64,000 nt of DNA. It comes from Eubacteriales bacterium. GTDB taxonomy: Bacteria; Bacillota; Clostridia; Oscillospirales; CAG-272. Below, in pieces: positions 9,801-18,311 of the stretch. Position 1 is the stretch's first letter, and each line of letters begins with the position of its first letter. The notes under the pieces were generated by a model that searched no databases, had not been told where the DNA came from, and was given only the letters and a program-made list of their open reading frames with translations. The translations under genes were made by a program, and so were the position numbers. The stretch is from positions 655 to 64,654 of the forward strand of contig JAZRFH010000002.1 in the NCBI GenBank assembly GCA_045661245.1, in the 5' to 3' direction.

Positions 9801-9815
9801 TTAGAATGATTCTAA
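9801..9815 (+). promoter_or_regulatory. Fur-family (Per-box-like) operator 2
   Basis: TTAGAATGATTCTAA is a perfect 7-1-7 palindrome. It lies just downstream of the -10, over the expected transcription start. Confidence 0.6.
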
Positions 9816-9843
9816 ATCATTCAATAAAACGAAGGAGTTAACA

Positions 9844-10221
9844 GTGACAAGGCAGAGAGAGGCGATACTTGAGGTAATTCGCTCCGATTGTGCCCATCAC
9901 ACCGCAGAGGAGATTTTTCTCCTGGCAAAAGAGAGGCTGCCCGGAATTTCAAGGGCGACTGTCTACAACAATCTTAAGACACTTGAGAACATGAGGCTTA
10001 TTCGGCGTATAACGGGCGACGGTTTATGTGACAGATACGACAGCTCATATATTCCGCACGGTCATTTGCTTTGCGAGAGGTGTGGCAAAGTCTGGGACTT
10101 TACAATCGACGGATTTGATGCTATAATAAATGATGCAATAAAATGTGACTTTTCTTCGTATGAATTAAAGGTCAGGCGAATATGCAACGACTGTGCAAAA
10201 AAAGAGTCGGCATCTGTATAA
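9844..10221 (+). CDS. perR: Fur-family metalloregulator, probably peroxide-responsive (PerR-like)
   Basis: 125 aa with a GTG start and an aaggag RBS. It has a winged helix ([13 protein letters not shown]) and a CxxC...CxxC structural Zn site. The PerR assignment rests on the rubrerythrin gene downstream and the Per-like boxes upstream. Confidence 0.75.
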   Translation: MTRQREAILEVIRSDCAHHTAEEIFLLAKERLPGISRATVYNNLKTLENMRLIRRITGDGLCDRYDSSYIPHGHLLCERCGKVWDFTIDGFDAIINDAIKCDFSSYELKVRRICNDCAKKESASV

Positions 10222-10273
10222 TTTAAATCACAAGAATATAATAATAAAACATATTACCAAAGGAGTTTACAAA

Positions 10274-10807
10274 ATGAATCTTAAGGGCACCAAAACAGAA
10301 CAGAATCTTATGACAGCTTTTGCGGGCGAGTCGCAGGCAAGAAACAAGTACACCTATTTTGCATCGGTAGCAAAGAAAGAGGGCTATGAGCAGATAGCCG
10401 CTATATTCCAGGAAACCGCAGACAACGAGAAGGAGCACGCAAAGCTTTGGTTCAAGGCTCTCGGCGGTCTTGGTGATACTGCAGCTAACCTTCTTGCAGC
10501 AGCAGAGGGCGAGAACTATGAGTGGACTGATATGTATGATACCTTTGCTAAGGAAGCAGAGGAAGAGGGCTTTAAAGCTCTTGCATTCCAGTTCAGAGCA
10601 GTAGCGGCAGTTGAGAAGGCTCACGAGGAGAGATACAGAAAGCTCCTTTCTAACGTTGAGCTTCAGCAGGTATTTGAGAAGGCTGAAATGACTATGTGGG
10701 AGTGCCGTAACTGCGGTCACCTCGTAATGGGCACCAAGGCTCCCGGCGTTTGCCCTGTTTGCGCACATCCTCAGGCTTATTTTGAAGTAAGAAAAGAAAA
10801 CTATTGA
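10274..10807 (+). CDS. rbr: Rubrerythrin
   Basis: The N-terminus [26 protein letters not shown] and the [12 protein letters not shown] di-iron motifs match rubrerythrin. The C-terminus has a rubredoxin-type CRNCGH...CPVC motif. ATG 10274 has an aaaggag RBS. Confidence 0.9.
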   Translation: MNLKGTKTEQNLMTAFAGESQARNKYTYFASVAKKEGYEQIAAIFQETADNEKEHAKLWFKALGGLGDTAANLLAAAEGENYEWTDMYDTFAKEAEEEGFKALAFQFRAVAAVEKAHEERYRKLLSNVELQQVFEKAEMTMWECRNCGHLVMGTKAPGVCPVCAHPQAYFEVRKENY

Positions 10808-10863
10808 TTAAAGTTAAATAAATCTATTGAATAGAAATCAAAAATAGTTTATAATACCCATTG

Positions 10864-10894
10864 GGGCTGAGTCGTTTTGGCTCAGCCCTGTTTT
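10864..10894 (+). terminator. Intrinsic terminator after rbr
   Basis: The stem pairs gggctgag with ctcagccc and is followed by tgtttt. Confidence 0.65.
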
Positions 10895-10910
10895 GATGTC
10901 GGAGGGGATT

Positions 10911-11603
10911 ATGAGAATTCTTATAGTTGATGATGAGGCTGAAATCAGGCGTGTGCTTGAGCTTGTGCTTAAAAATTCAGGATATGAAACCGTTTCGGTT
11001 GGTGACGGCTCCTCTGCGGTTGAGGTGATGAAGGAATCGCCTGATTTTGACCTTTGTATTATGGATATAATGATGCCGAATATGTCGGGAGTTGAGGCTA
11101 CGCGCGCAATAAGAAAATTCTCCTCTGTGCCGATACTCTTTCTTACCGCAAAATCCTTGCCGCAGGATAAGGTTGAGGCATACAGCTCGGGCGGCGACGA
11201 TTATATTGTCAAGCCCTTTCCGATGGCAGACCTTTGCCTTAAGGTTGAGGCTATGACGCGTAGGTATAATCTCTATTCGGTAAAGGAAATACAGTCGAGC
11301 GAGGCTGTACGCTTGCCCTCGGGTATATCGGTTAATTTTGACGAGCGCGAGGTAATGAAAAACGGCCAGAGAATTGAAATGCGCGATAAGGAGATGGACG
11401 TGCTTTTGTACCTTGTGAAAAACAGGGGCAGATGCGTAAGCTCGGACGAGCTGTATGAAAACGTTTGGGGCGAGATGCCACTGCCGTCGTCGGGCAATAA
11501 TATAACGGTACACATATTGAATTTGCGCCGAAAGCTTGAAGAAAACTTTGCATCACCAAGACTTATAAGAACTGTGTGGGGAAAGGGTTATCAGATTGAT
11601 TGA
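10911..11603 (+). CDS. OmpR-family response regulator
   Basis: It has a receiver domain (RILIVDDE...DLCIMDIMMP...LTAK) and a winged-helix output domain (RTVWGKGYQ). ATG 10911 has a ggagggg RBS. Confidence 0.9.
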   Translation: MRILIVDDEAEIRRVLELVLKNSGYETVSVGDGSSAVEVMKESPDFDLCIMDIMMPNMSGVEATRAIRKFSSVPILFLTAKSLPQDKVEAYSSGGDDYIVKPFPMADLCLKVEAMTRRYNLYSVKEIQSSEAVRLPSGISVNFDEREVMKNGQRIEMRDKEMDVLLYLVKNRGRCVSSDELYENVWGEMPLPSSGNNITVHILNLRRKLEENFASPRLIRTVWGKGYQID

Positions 11604-13032
11604 TTATTTAAAGAAATTTATCTTTGCACGCTTTCGCTCGCTTAAGCTCTCTATGTTTTATACATTGTTTTTAGGACTTGCCGTTGGCGTAGCTATGTAT
11701 TTTGCTATCAACGGTATCTGCGAAAGCTACATAAATAATAAATATCTGTCAGAAGAGTCTAGACAGTCAAGAGAGGAAAGGTATCTTGAGGATTTACAGT
11801 CCTACGTTGACGAGTACGCACTTAAGAGCACGGATATAGATGCACTTTCCGGCTGGGTGCGTGATAAGGGGCATCTTTACGTTATGATTTACAAGGATAA
11901 CGAGCTTGTGCTCGACTCGGGCAGCGCAGAAAAGGAGCCCTCGGACTCCGAATCGGGCGAGAATGAGGGTGAGCTACCCGAGGAAAAAGACGACACGGGT
12001 ATTACCGTTACCTTTCCCACCAAAGAAGCCCTTATTGAATATGCAAAGTCAAAAGGCACGTATCCGATAGAGATGCAGGACGGTGTACCCCTTCTTGTTG
12101 CAATGGTTGATTATACTCAATACTTTTACTATGACATTGCAAATATTGCAAGTCTTTTTTTGGCGGCAATAGCATTGATGCTTGTTTTAATGATGTATTC
12201 AAGCAGAATTACAAGCAGAATTACAAAGCTGGCAAAGCAGGTACGCATCTGTGCATTGGGTGAGATGGACAGAAAAATAAAAAGTGACCTGAAAAACGGA
12301 CGTGACGAAATCACTGACCTCGCTGATAACGTTGAAAATATGAGATGCTCAATGCTTGAAAATATCGCAAAGGAAAGAGAGGCGATAAACTCGAATACAG
12401 AGCTTATAACCTCGGTGTCGCACGATATAAGAACGCCGCTTACGGTCCTGCTCGGATATATCGACATAATGAAGGGACATACGGCCGATGCCGCTATGCA
12501 GGAGTATTTAGATGCGTCAGAAAGATGTGCGCTCAGGCTGAAAACTATGTCCGACGATATGTTCAACTACTTCCTCGTCTTCGGTGCGGATGTTGGAGAA
12601 TGTAATTTTGAAGATTACGATGCAGCAACACTGTTTGAGCAAATACTCTCCGAGAAGATACTTCTATTGCGTGAGCAAGGGTACACTGTTGATATACCAA
12701 TGCTCGATAAGCTACACAGCAAGCTTGACGGAATAACTGTAAGCACAGATGCGCCAAAGCTTATGCGTATTGCTGAAAACGTATTTTCAAATATTACAAA
12801 ATACGCTGATAAATCACACCCCGTGTCAATTAAAAGCAAACTAAAGGGAAATGAAATAACAGTAGATATTGTAAATAAAACTTTACATAAATCGAATAAG
12901 ATTGAAAGCAATGGCATAGGTATACGCACCTGCACTAAGCTTGCAGAGCTGCTTAATATTGATTTTGCACACAAGAGAGATGGAGATTTGTTTCGTGTGA
13001 CTCTTGTATTTAAGGTGAAGGGGCGTAAATAA
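11596..13032 (+). CDS. Sensor histidine kinase with two TM helices and a ~140-aa extracytoplasmic loop
   Basis: It has the H-box SHDIRTPLT and N/G-box-like motifs in the C-terminal HATPase region. It overlaps the response-regulator stop by 8 nt. The TTG start is uncertain. Confidence 0.85.
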   Translation: MIDYLKKFIFARFRSLKLSMFYTLFLGLAVGVAMYFAINGICESYINNKYLSEESRQSREERYLEDLQSYVDEYALKSTDIDALSGWVRDKGHLYVMIYKDNELVLDSGSAEKEPSDSESGENEGELPEEKDDTGITVTFPTKEALIEYAKSKGTYPIEMQDGVPLLVAMVDYTQYFYYDIANIASLFLAAIALMLVLMMYSSRITSRITKLAKQVRICALGEMDRKIKSDLKNGRDEITDLADNVENMRCSMLENIAKEREAINSNTELITSVSHDIRTPLTVLLGYIDIMKGHTADAAMQEYLDASERCALRLKTMSDDMFNYFLVFGADVGECNFEDYDAATLFEQILSEKILLLREQGYTVDIPMLDKLHSKLDGITVSTDAPKLMRIAENVFSNITKYADKSHPVSIKSKLKGNEITVDIVNKTLHKSNKIESNGIGIRTCTKLAELLNIDFAHKRDGDLFRVTLVFKVKGRK

Positions 13033-13941
13033 ATGTCTGATTTATCATTTGCCGTCTTAACGGACGAGCTGAGAAATGAACTTGTTTTTAAAGGTGATGT
13101 ATATTCTGACGACCTAGCAATGATGCTGGATAGCTTTCTTGAGCTTTCCCGAGAGGGCATTGAAGCCGCGGTAGCAATTAAATGCGGTTGCCTTTTGGTA
13201 AGAATTTTTGCGGACGGAGAATATAGCTTTGTTTCTCCGATAGAGCTTGAAGACGGAGCTTCAGTTGCTGATGCGCTTATACTTGTTCGTGACTATGCTA
13301 TGCGCCAGATGCTGCCTCTTATATTTACCGACGTTCCGCGCGCTGATATTGAGTATTATCAAAACTTTTTTAAAATGCCGGAGGCACGCGTATATCCTGA
13401 TGAGGACGATACGTTTTTCGTCAGTGTTTTTAGCGAGTGCGACGGCGTTGATAAGCCACCTAGCTTATATACTGAAAGACTTATTCTGGGTGAGATTTCA
13501 GAAGAGCATGTGCCGTCTTATGCAAGACTTTGCAGGGATAAAGACGTCAACAGATACTGGGGATATGACGTGTCGGCAGATAATAAAGAGGATACCGACG
13601 AATTTTTTCTTGAGGTCGCGAGCCGCGAGCTTGACATTTCACAGGCTATAACGCTTGGAATATTTTTTGATGGGGCACTGATTGGCGAGGCTGTTATATA
13701 TGCCTTTGATTTTACAGGCGGCGCATCATTTGGTATTCGTCTTTTGCCCGAATATCACGGCAAGGGCTTTGGCACTGAAGCACTCGGTGCAGTTATCTCC
13801 TATTCGCGTGATATTGGGCTTGATTATCTATGTGCCGACGTTATGCCGGAAAATACGAAATCTATTAAAATGATGGACAAATATTTCGACACGGGTCGGG
13901 AAAAGTGCGGAAAAATGCATTTTAAACTAAAGCTTAACTAA
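13033..13941 (+). CDS. Two-domain protein: unknown N-terminal domain plus a RimJ/RimL-type (Acetyltransf_3) GNAT N-acetyltransferase
   Basis: The C-terminal half reads TERLILGEI...RYWGYD...EYHGKGFGTEA...ENTKSIKMMDK, which fits the RimJ/L GNAT pattern. The ATG immediately follows the kinase stop with a 0-nt gap. Confidence 0.7.
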   Translation: MSDLSFAVLTDELRNELVFKGDVYSDDLAMMLDSFLELSREGIEAAVAIKCGCLLVRIFADGEYSFVSPIELEDGASVADALILVRDYAMRQMLPLIFTDVPRADIEYYQNFFKMPEARVYPDEDDTFFVSVFSECDGVDKPPSLYTERLILGEISEEHVPSYARLCRDKDVNRYWGYDVSADNKEDTDEFFLEVASRELDISQAITLGIFFDGALIGEAVIYAFDFTGGASFGIRLLPEYHGKGFGTEALGAVISYSRDIGLDYLCADVMPENTKSIKMMDKYFDTGREKCGKMHFKLKLN

Positions 13942-13979
13942 GTATATTTAAACAAATCAAAAAAAAGGGGGGGAGTGGC

Positions 13980-16571
13980 TTGAAAAATATAGTAGTAGGC
14001 ATACTTGCGCACGTTGATGCGGGTAAAACTACGCTTTCCGAGGCGCTCCTTTATACCTCGGGGGCTATTGAAAGACTCGGCAGGGTCGATAAGCGAGATG
14101 CCTTTCTTGATACACATTCACTTGAGCGCGAGCGCGGAATAACCATATTCTCAAAGCAGGCGATAATTGATACTCAAAGCTCACACGTAACACTTGTTGA
14201 TACTCCCGGACACGTTGACTTCTCCTGCGAAACCGAGCGCGCTCTCTCTATACAGGATTATGCAATACTTGTGATAAGTGCAGAGGACGGTGTGCGCTCG
14301 CATACGAAAACACTGTGGCAGATGCTAAGGGCAAGAAAAATACCGACCTTTATTTTCGTAAACAAGTGCGATATATCGGATAGGAGCCGTGACGAGCTAA
14401 TGGCTGAAATAAAGACTACTCTAACCTCGTTTGCGGTTGATTTCTCAGCCCCAGGTACGGATAGCTTTTTTGAAAACGTTGCATCCTGTGACGAGAGGTT
14501 AATGCAGGAATTTTTCGACACGGGTGCGGTAAATAATGCTGATATTGCTGTGTCAGTCGCATCCTCGCGCCTCTTTCCGTGTTACTTTGGTTCGGCATTA
14601 AAGCTTACGGGAGTCCGTGAGCTGCTCTTGGGTATTGACAGATATACAATACAAAAAGAATACTCCAGCACTATATTTGGTGCGCGGGTATTTAAAATCA
14701 CCCGTGATAAGCTTGGGCGCAGGCTCTGCTTTGCAAAAATAACGGGCGGCACCCTTGCACCCAAGGACGGTATAACAGTAAGGCTCGCGGGCGGTGAGGA
14801 GATTATCGAGAAAATAGAGGAGTTAAGGGTTTTCTCCGGTGAAAAATCAAAGCCTCAAAAGTTAGCCGTGCCGGGCACGGTTGTGGCACTTATAGGCCCT
14901 CAAAGCATAAGTGCGGGTATGGGGCTTGGATTTGAGGCAAGTGACGAGCCCGTACTCAGCCCCGTTCTTGATTACAGAATTATTTTGCCCGAGGGAGTAA
15001 GTGCGCACGAGATGTATGCGCGCCTTTTGGTGATTGCAGAAGAGGACCCTGCTTTAAATCTCAAGTTTGACCCAAGGCTTAGCGAGATACGCGTGAGCCT
15101 TATGGGAGAAATTCAGCTTGAGGTGTTAAAAAGGCTTGTTTTAGAACGCACGGGTGTAGAAATCGAGTTTGACGAGGGCTCTATTCTATATCGCGAAACC
15201 ATAGATAAAACGGTATTCGGTGCAGGGCATTTTGAGCCGCTGCGCCATTACGCAGAGGTGCATTTACGTCTTGACCCGCTACCCGAGGGGTCGGGTGTTG
15301 TTGCTTCGTCTGAGCTTTCACGCGAGGTTCTATCGCTTAACTTCCAGCGTCTTGTTATGACACATATTGAAGAGCGCACACACAGAGGCATATTGCTTGG
15401 CGCACCTCTCACAGACGTTGAGATAACTCTCGTTGGCGGTAAAGCGCATCTTAAGCACACCGAGGGCGGGGATTTCAGACAGGCTACCTACAGAGCCGTA
15501 AGGCAGGCCTTGCGTAAGGGCGGTAGCGTGATACTTGAGCCGACCTTTAATTTTAAAATTGAGCTGCCCGGTGAAAACCTCGGCCGTGCGCTTACCGATA
15601 TTGCAAATATGCACGGCACCGTTGACTTTACGGATACAGTGGGCGGCATCGCAGTGCTTGAGGGCAATTGCCCGGTATATACTATGCGCTCATATCCCGC
15701 CGTGCTTCGTGCCTATACACGCGGCTACGGTAAAATTGCCTTGACGGTCGGAAAATACGTGCCGGCTCACAATTCTGACGAGCTGGTGGCAAAATTCGGT
15801 TATGACCCCGATACTGACGAGCGCAATCCTTCGGGCTCTGTTTTTTGCCGTGCAGGTGCGGGCTATACTGTTCCTTGGTATGAAGCAGATGCGCTTATGC
15901 ACACCGGGCCCCAGGGGCAAGATAAGGAAGAGGTCAGCGAAGACGTACGCATTCCAAAGCGCGCCGCGGCAAAGGTGTATGGCGGCACTGCCGAAGAGGA
16001 TAAGGAGCTTATGCGCATCTTCGAGGCAACCTACGGCAAGATAAAGCCGCGCAAAGTTACAGAAAAGTTTGAGAACAAGGCAAAAACCGAGCCGAAACGA
16101 CGCCCCGTGTCAAAAAAACAACATCAAAACGAGTATTTGGTGCTTGATGGTTATAACGTTATCTTCGGCTGGGAAGAGCTGAAAAAGCTGGCTTTATCGG
16201 ATTTTTCTCTTGCCAGAGACGCCCTTGTGCGTATTGCCTGTAATTATGCCGCGATACGCCGCGTGTCCGTTATTGTAGTTTTTGACGCGTATAAGCGTGC
16301 GGGCGGTGAGGGTAGTGTCGAGCACCTCGGCCCTGTGACGGTTGTTTACACAAAGGAAAAGCAAACCGCGGACAGCTATATTGAGCGCACAACTTACGAG
16401 CTGGCAGACGATAATTTCGTACGCGTCGTAACGGGCGACCTTGACGAGCAGTTTATAATTCTCGGCAACGGGGCGTATCGCGTCAGCATCGACGAGTTCA
16501 GGCTTGAATGCGAGAGTGTAACGGGCGAGATATCCGAGCTTGCCGAAAAATACGGAAAAAACAGAAAATAA
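13980..16571 (+). CDS. Tet(M)/EF-G-like translational GTPase fused to a C-terminal YacP/Rae1-type NYN ribonuclease domain
   Basis: 863 aa. The G motifs are AHVDAGKT, RGITI, DTPGH and NKCD, and the protein is collinear with ribosomal protection proteins for about 640 aa. A Lys/Glu-rich linker follows. The C-terminal ~160 aa carry LVLDGYNVI, VVFDAY, TADSYIE and VVTGD, as in B. subtilis YacP/Rae1. The TTG start follows a ggggggag RBS. Confidence 0.8.
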   Translation: MKNIVVGILAHVDAGKTTLSEALLYTSGAIERLGRVDKRDAFLDTHSLERERGITIFSKQAIIDTQSSHVTLVDTPGHVDFSCETERALSIQDYAILVISAEDGVRSHTKTLWQMLRARKIPTFIFVNKCDISDRSRDELMAEIKTTLTSFAVDFSAPGTDSFFENVASCDERLMQEFFDTGAVNNADIAVSVASSRLFPCYFGSALKLTGVRELLLGIDRYTIQKEYSSTIFGARVFKITRDKLGRRLCFAKITGGTLAPKDGITVRLAGGEEIIEKIEELRVFSGEKSKPQKLAVPGTVVALIGPQSISAGMGLGFEASDEPVLSPVLDYRIILPEGVSAHEMYARLLVIAEEDPALNLKFDPRLSEIRVSLMGEIQLEVLKRLVLERTGVEIEFDEGSILYRETIDKTVFGAGHFEPLRHYAEVHLRLDPLPEGSGVVASSELSREVLSLNFQRLVMTHIEERTHRGILLGAPLTDVEITLVGGKAHLKHTEGGDFRQATYRAVRQALRKGGSVILEPTFNFKIELPGENLGRALTDIANMHGTVDFTDTVGGIAVLEGNCPVYTMRSYPAVLRAYTRGYGKIALTVGKYVPAHNSDELVAKFGYDPDTDERNPSGSVFCRAGAGYTVPWYEADALMHTGPQGQDKEEVSEDVRIPKRAAAKVYGGTAEEDKELMRIFEATYGKIKPRKVTEKFENKAKTEPKRRPVSKKQHQNEYLVLDGYNVIFGWEELKKLALSDFSLARDALVRIACNYAAIRRVSVIVVFDAYKRAGGEGSVEHLGPVTVVYTKEKQTADSYIERTTYELADDNFVRVVTGDLDEQFIILGNGAYRVSIDEFRLECESVTGEISELAEKYGKNRK

Positions 16572-16574
16572 AAG

Positions 16575-16625
16575 CCCCGAGGGATACCGAAGCTCAGCGC
16601 CAAGGTTTCTCGGGGATTTGTTTTT
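16575..16625 (+). terminator. Probable terminator after the GTPase-NYN gene
   Basis: A 7-bp stem pairs ccccgag with ctcgggg. The loop is long (27 nt). The sequence atttgttttt follows. Confidence 0.45.
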
Positions 16626-16749
16626 ACGGCTATGTGCCGTTTTCAAGTGAATCATGAGTGTACCCTTTGTACGGGATATTTTATGGATTTTTTAATTTGA
16701 CAAATAAAAGGCCGCAATCACCCCATAATGAAGCTTTTGCGGCTCTTTA

Positions 16750-17451
16750 TTAAAGCGATTCTATCGCGTATATAATCTCAGGCAGCTTTTCAAGCTCGTG
16801 TGACATGACGTCTGGTGTAAGACCCGGCTTGCTGTAGGCGTGTACGTTTGCCTCAATGCCTACGTTGCCATCTTTACCGCTTCTGGGGCTTGTCACCTGC
16901 ATATCGGTGACGGGATAATTTTCCGAAAGATAATCAAGCACGCACCGAACCGATTCGCAGGAGTTAATTTCAATGTATATACCAAATCGGGAGTTTCTGC
17001 CGGTAAGCCTGTATTCAAGACGGTGAAGTATCGTTGTTACCAAAACCTCGGCGACAAACGTTACTATCGCACCCTCGTAAAATCCTATACCGAGAGCAAT
17101 ACCTATAGCCGCACCGCACCAAAGACCCGCCGCTGTGGTAAGACCTGTAATCTGAAAGCGACCTTTTATAAGGATAGTGCCGACGCCGAGAAAGCCTATT
17201 CCCGATATAACCTGCGCCGCAACTCTCAGTGGGTCGCCTGAAAAGCCGAGTACGCTATAAGCGTAAACGCCAGTCATTGCAGTAAGCGTTGCACCAAGGC
17301 ACACGAGAATGTGAGTGCGCATGCCTGCGGCTCTGCCGTGCTTTCGCCTTTCCATACCTATAACGCCGCCGATAACGATGGCAAGCGCGACCTTTAATAT
17401 CGCCCACCAAAGCTCCGAGAGCTCACAGAGAAAGCTCCAAAATTCACTCAT
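16750..17451 (-). CDS. mgtC: MgtC/SapB family membrane protein
   Basis: 233 aa with the MgtC signature GMERRKHGRAAGMRTHILVCLGATL and a C-terminal ACT-like soluble domain. Confidence 0.85.
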   Translation of the reverse strand: MSEFWSFLCELSELWWAILKVALAIVIGGVIGMERRKHGRAAGMRTHILVCLGATLTAMTGVYAYSVLGFSGDPLRVAAQVISGIGFLGVGTILIKGRFQITGLTTAAGLWCGAAIGIALGIGFYEGAIVTFVAEVLVTTILHRLEYRLTGRNSRFGIYIEINSCESVRCVLDYLSENYPVTDMQVTSPRSGKDGNVGIEANVHAYSKPGLTPDVMSHELEKLPEIIYAIESL

Positions 17452-17484
17452 TTATAATAAATCCTCCGATTTTTGTCTAATCAT

Positions 17485-17513
17485 ATTATATTACAAGCAT
17501 AAAAATATGTCAA
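17485..17513 (-). promoter_or_regulatory. Consensus sigma-A promoter for mgtC
   Basis: On the minus strand: TTGACA (17513-17508), a 17-nt spacer, and TATAAT (17490-17485). Confidence 0.55.
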
Positions 17514-17545
17514 TGTATTTTATAAAACCTTATGCAAAATAACAC

Positions 17546-17574
17546 TTGAAAAACGCGCGAAAGGGTTGTATAAT
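17546..17574 (+). promoter_or_regulatory. Sigma-A promoter for the HD / NaPi / metY / metA gene string
   Basis: TTGAAA at 17546-17551, a 17-nt spacer, and TATAAT at 17569-17574. Confidence 0.55.
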
Positions 17575-17615
17575 ATAATTGGGAAAAAATGAGCTAAACC
17601 GAACTTGGAGGTTTT

Positions 17616-18275
17616 ATGGTAACCTTAGAAACCTTGCTTTCGAGCGAAGAAATAAGAACCTATATTGAGGCACAGGATAAGTCGCTTCTTGCACTCGGGT
17701 ATACCGAGCACAGCTTTGCACACGTAAAGAAGGTGTCGGCCGATGCGGCAAAAATTCTTGAAATACTCGGCTACAGCGAGAGGGACAGAGAGCTTGCAGA
17801 AATTGCGGGGTATCTACACGATATAGGCAACCTCGTCAACCGCGTAAATCACTCTCAGTCGGGTGCTCTGATAGCCTTCCGTTTATTGGACAAGCTCGGC
17901 ATGCCGGCAGATGAGATAGCCACGGTCGTTACCGCTATAGGTAATCACGACGAGGGCACGGGCGTGCCTGTTTCACCCATCGCTGCGGCACTTATACTTG
18001 CAGATAAGGCAGACGTGCGCCGCTCAAGAGTGCGCAATCAAGATTTTGCCACTTTTGATATACACGACAGGGTTAATTACTCGGCCAAGGAGTCCTCGCT
18101 TGATATCTCAGAGGATAAACGCATTATACGCCTGTCGCTGACCGTTGATAAAGAGATAAGCACGGTTATGGATTATTTTGAGATTTTTCTTGAAAGAATG
18201 ATACTGTGCCGTAAGGCGGCCGAGGTGCTGGGCCTTAGCTTTAAGCTTGAAATTAACGGGCAGGAATTACTTTGA
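17616..18275 (+). CDS. HD-domain phosphohydrolase
   Basis: 219 aa with the HD signature H...HDIG...H...D, seen as HSFAHV, YLHDIGN and GNHDE. Confidence 0.75.
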   Translation: MVTLETLLSSEEIRTYIEAQDKSLLALGYTEHSFAHVKKVSADAAKILEILGYSERDRELAEIAGYLHDIGNLVNRVNHSQSGALIAFRLLDKLGMPADEIATVVTAIGNHDEGTGVPVSPIAAALILADKADVRRSRVRNQDFATFDIHDRVNYSAKESSLDISEDKRIIRLSLTVDKEISTVMDYFEIFLERMILCRKAAEVLGLSFKLEINGQELL

Positions 18276-18311
18276 TTATGATTTTTTAACATAAACTGAA
18301 AGGACTTTAAA

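Noticed and set aside
13980-15900. Possibility that the Tet(M)-like gene is an acquired tetracycline-resistance determinant on a conjugative transposon
   Set aside because: No Tn916-type genes (int, xis, orf series), no leader-peptide attenuator and no compositional break are present.
The gene is embedded in a native-looking operon and carries a NYN fusion.
A resistance phenotype cannot be excluded without testing.
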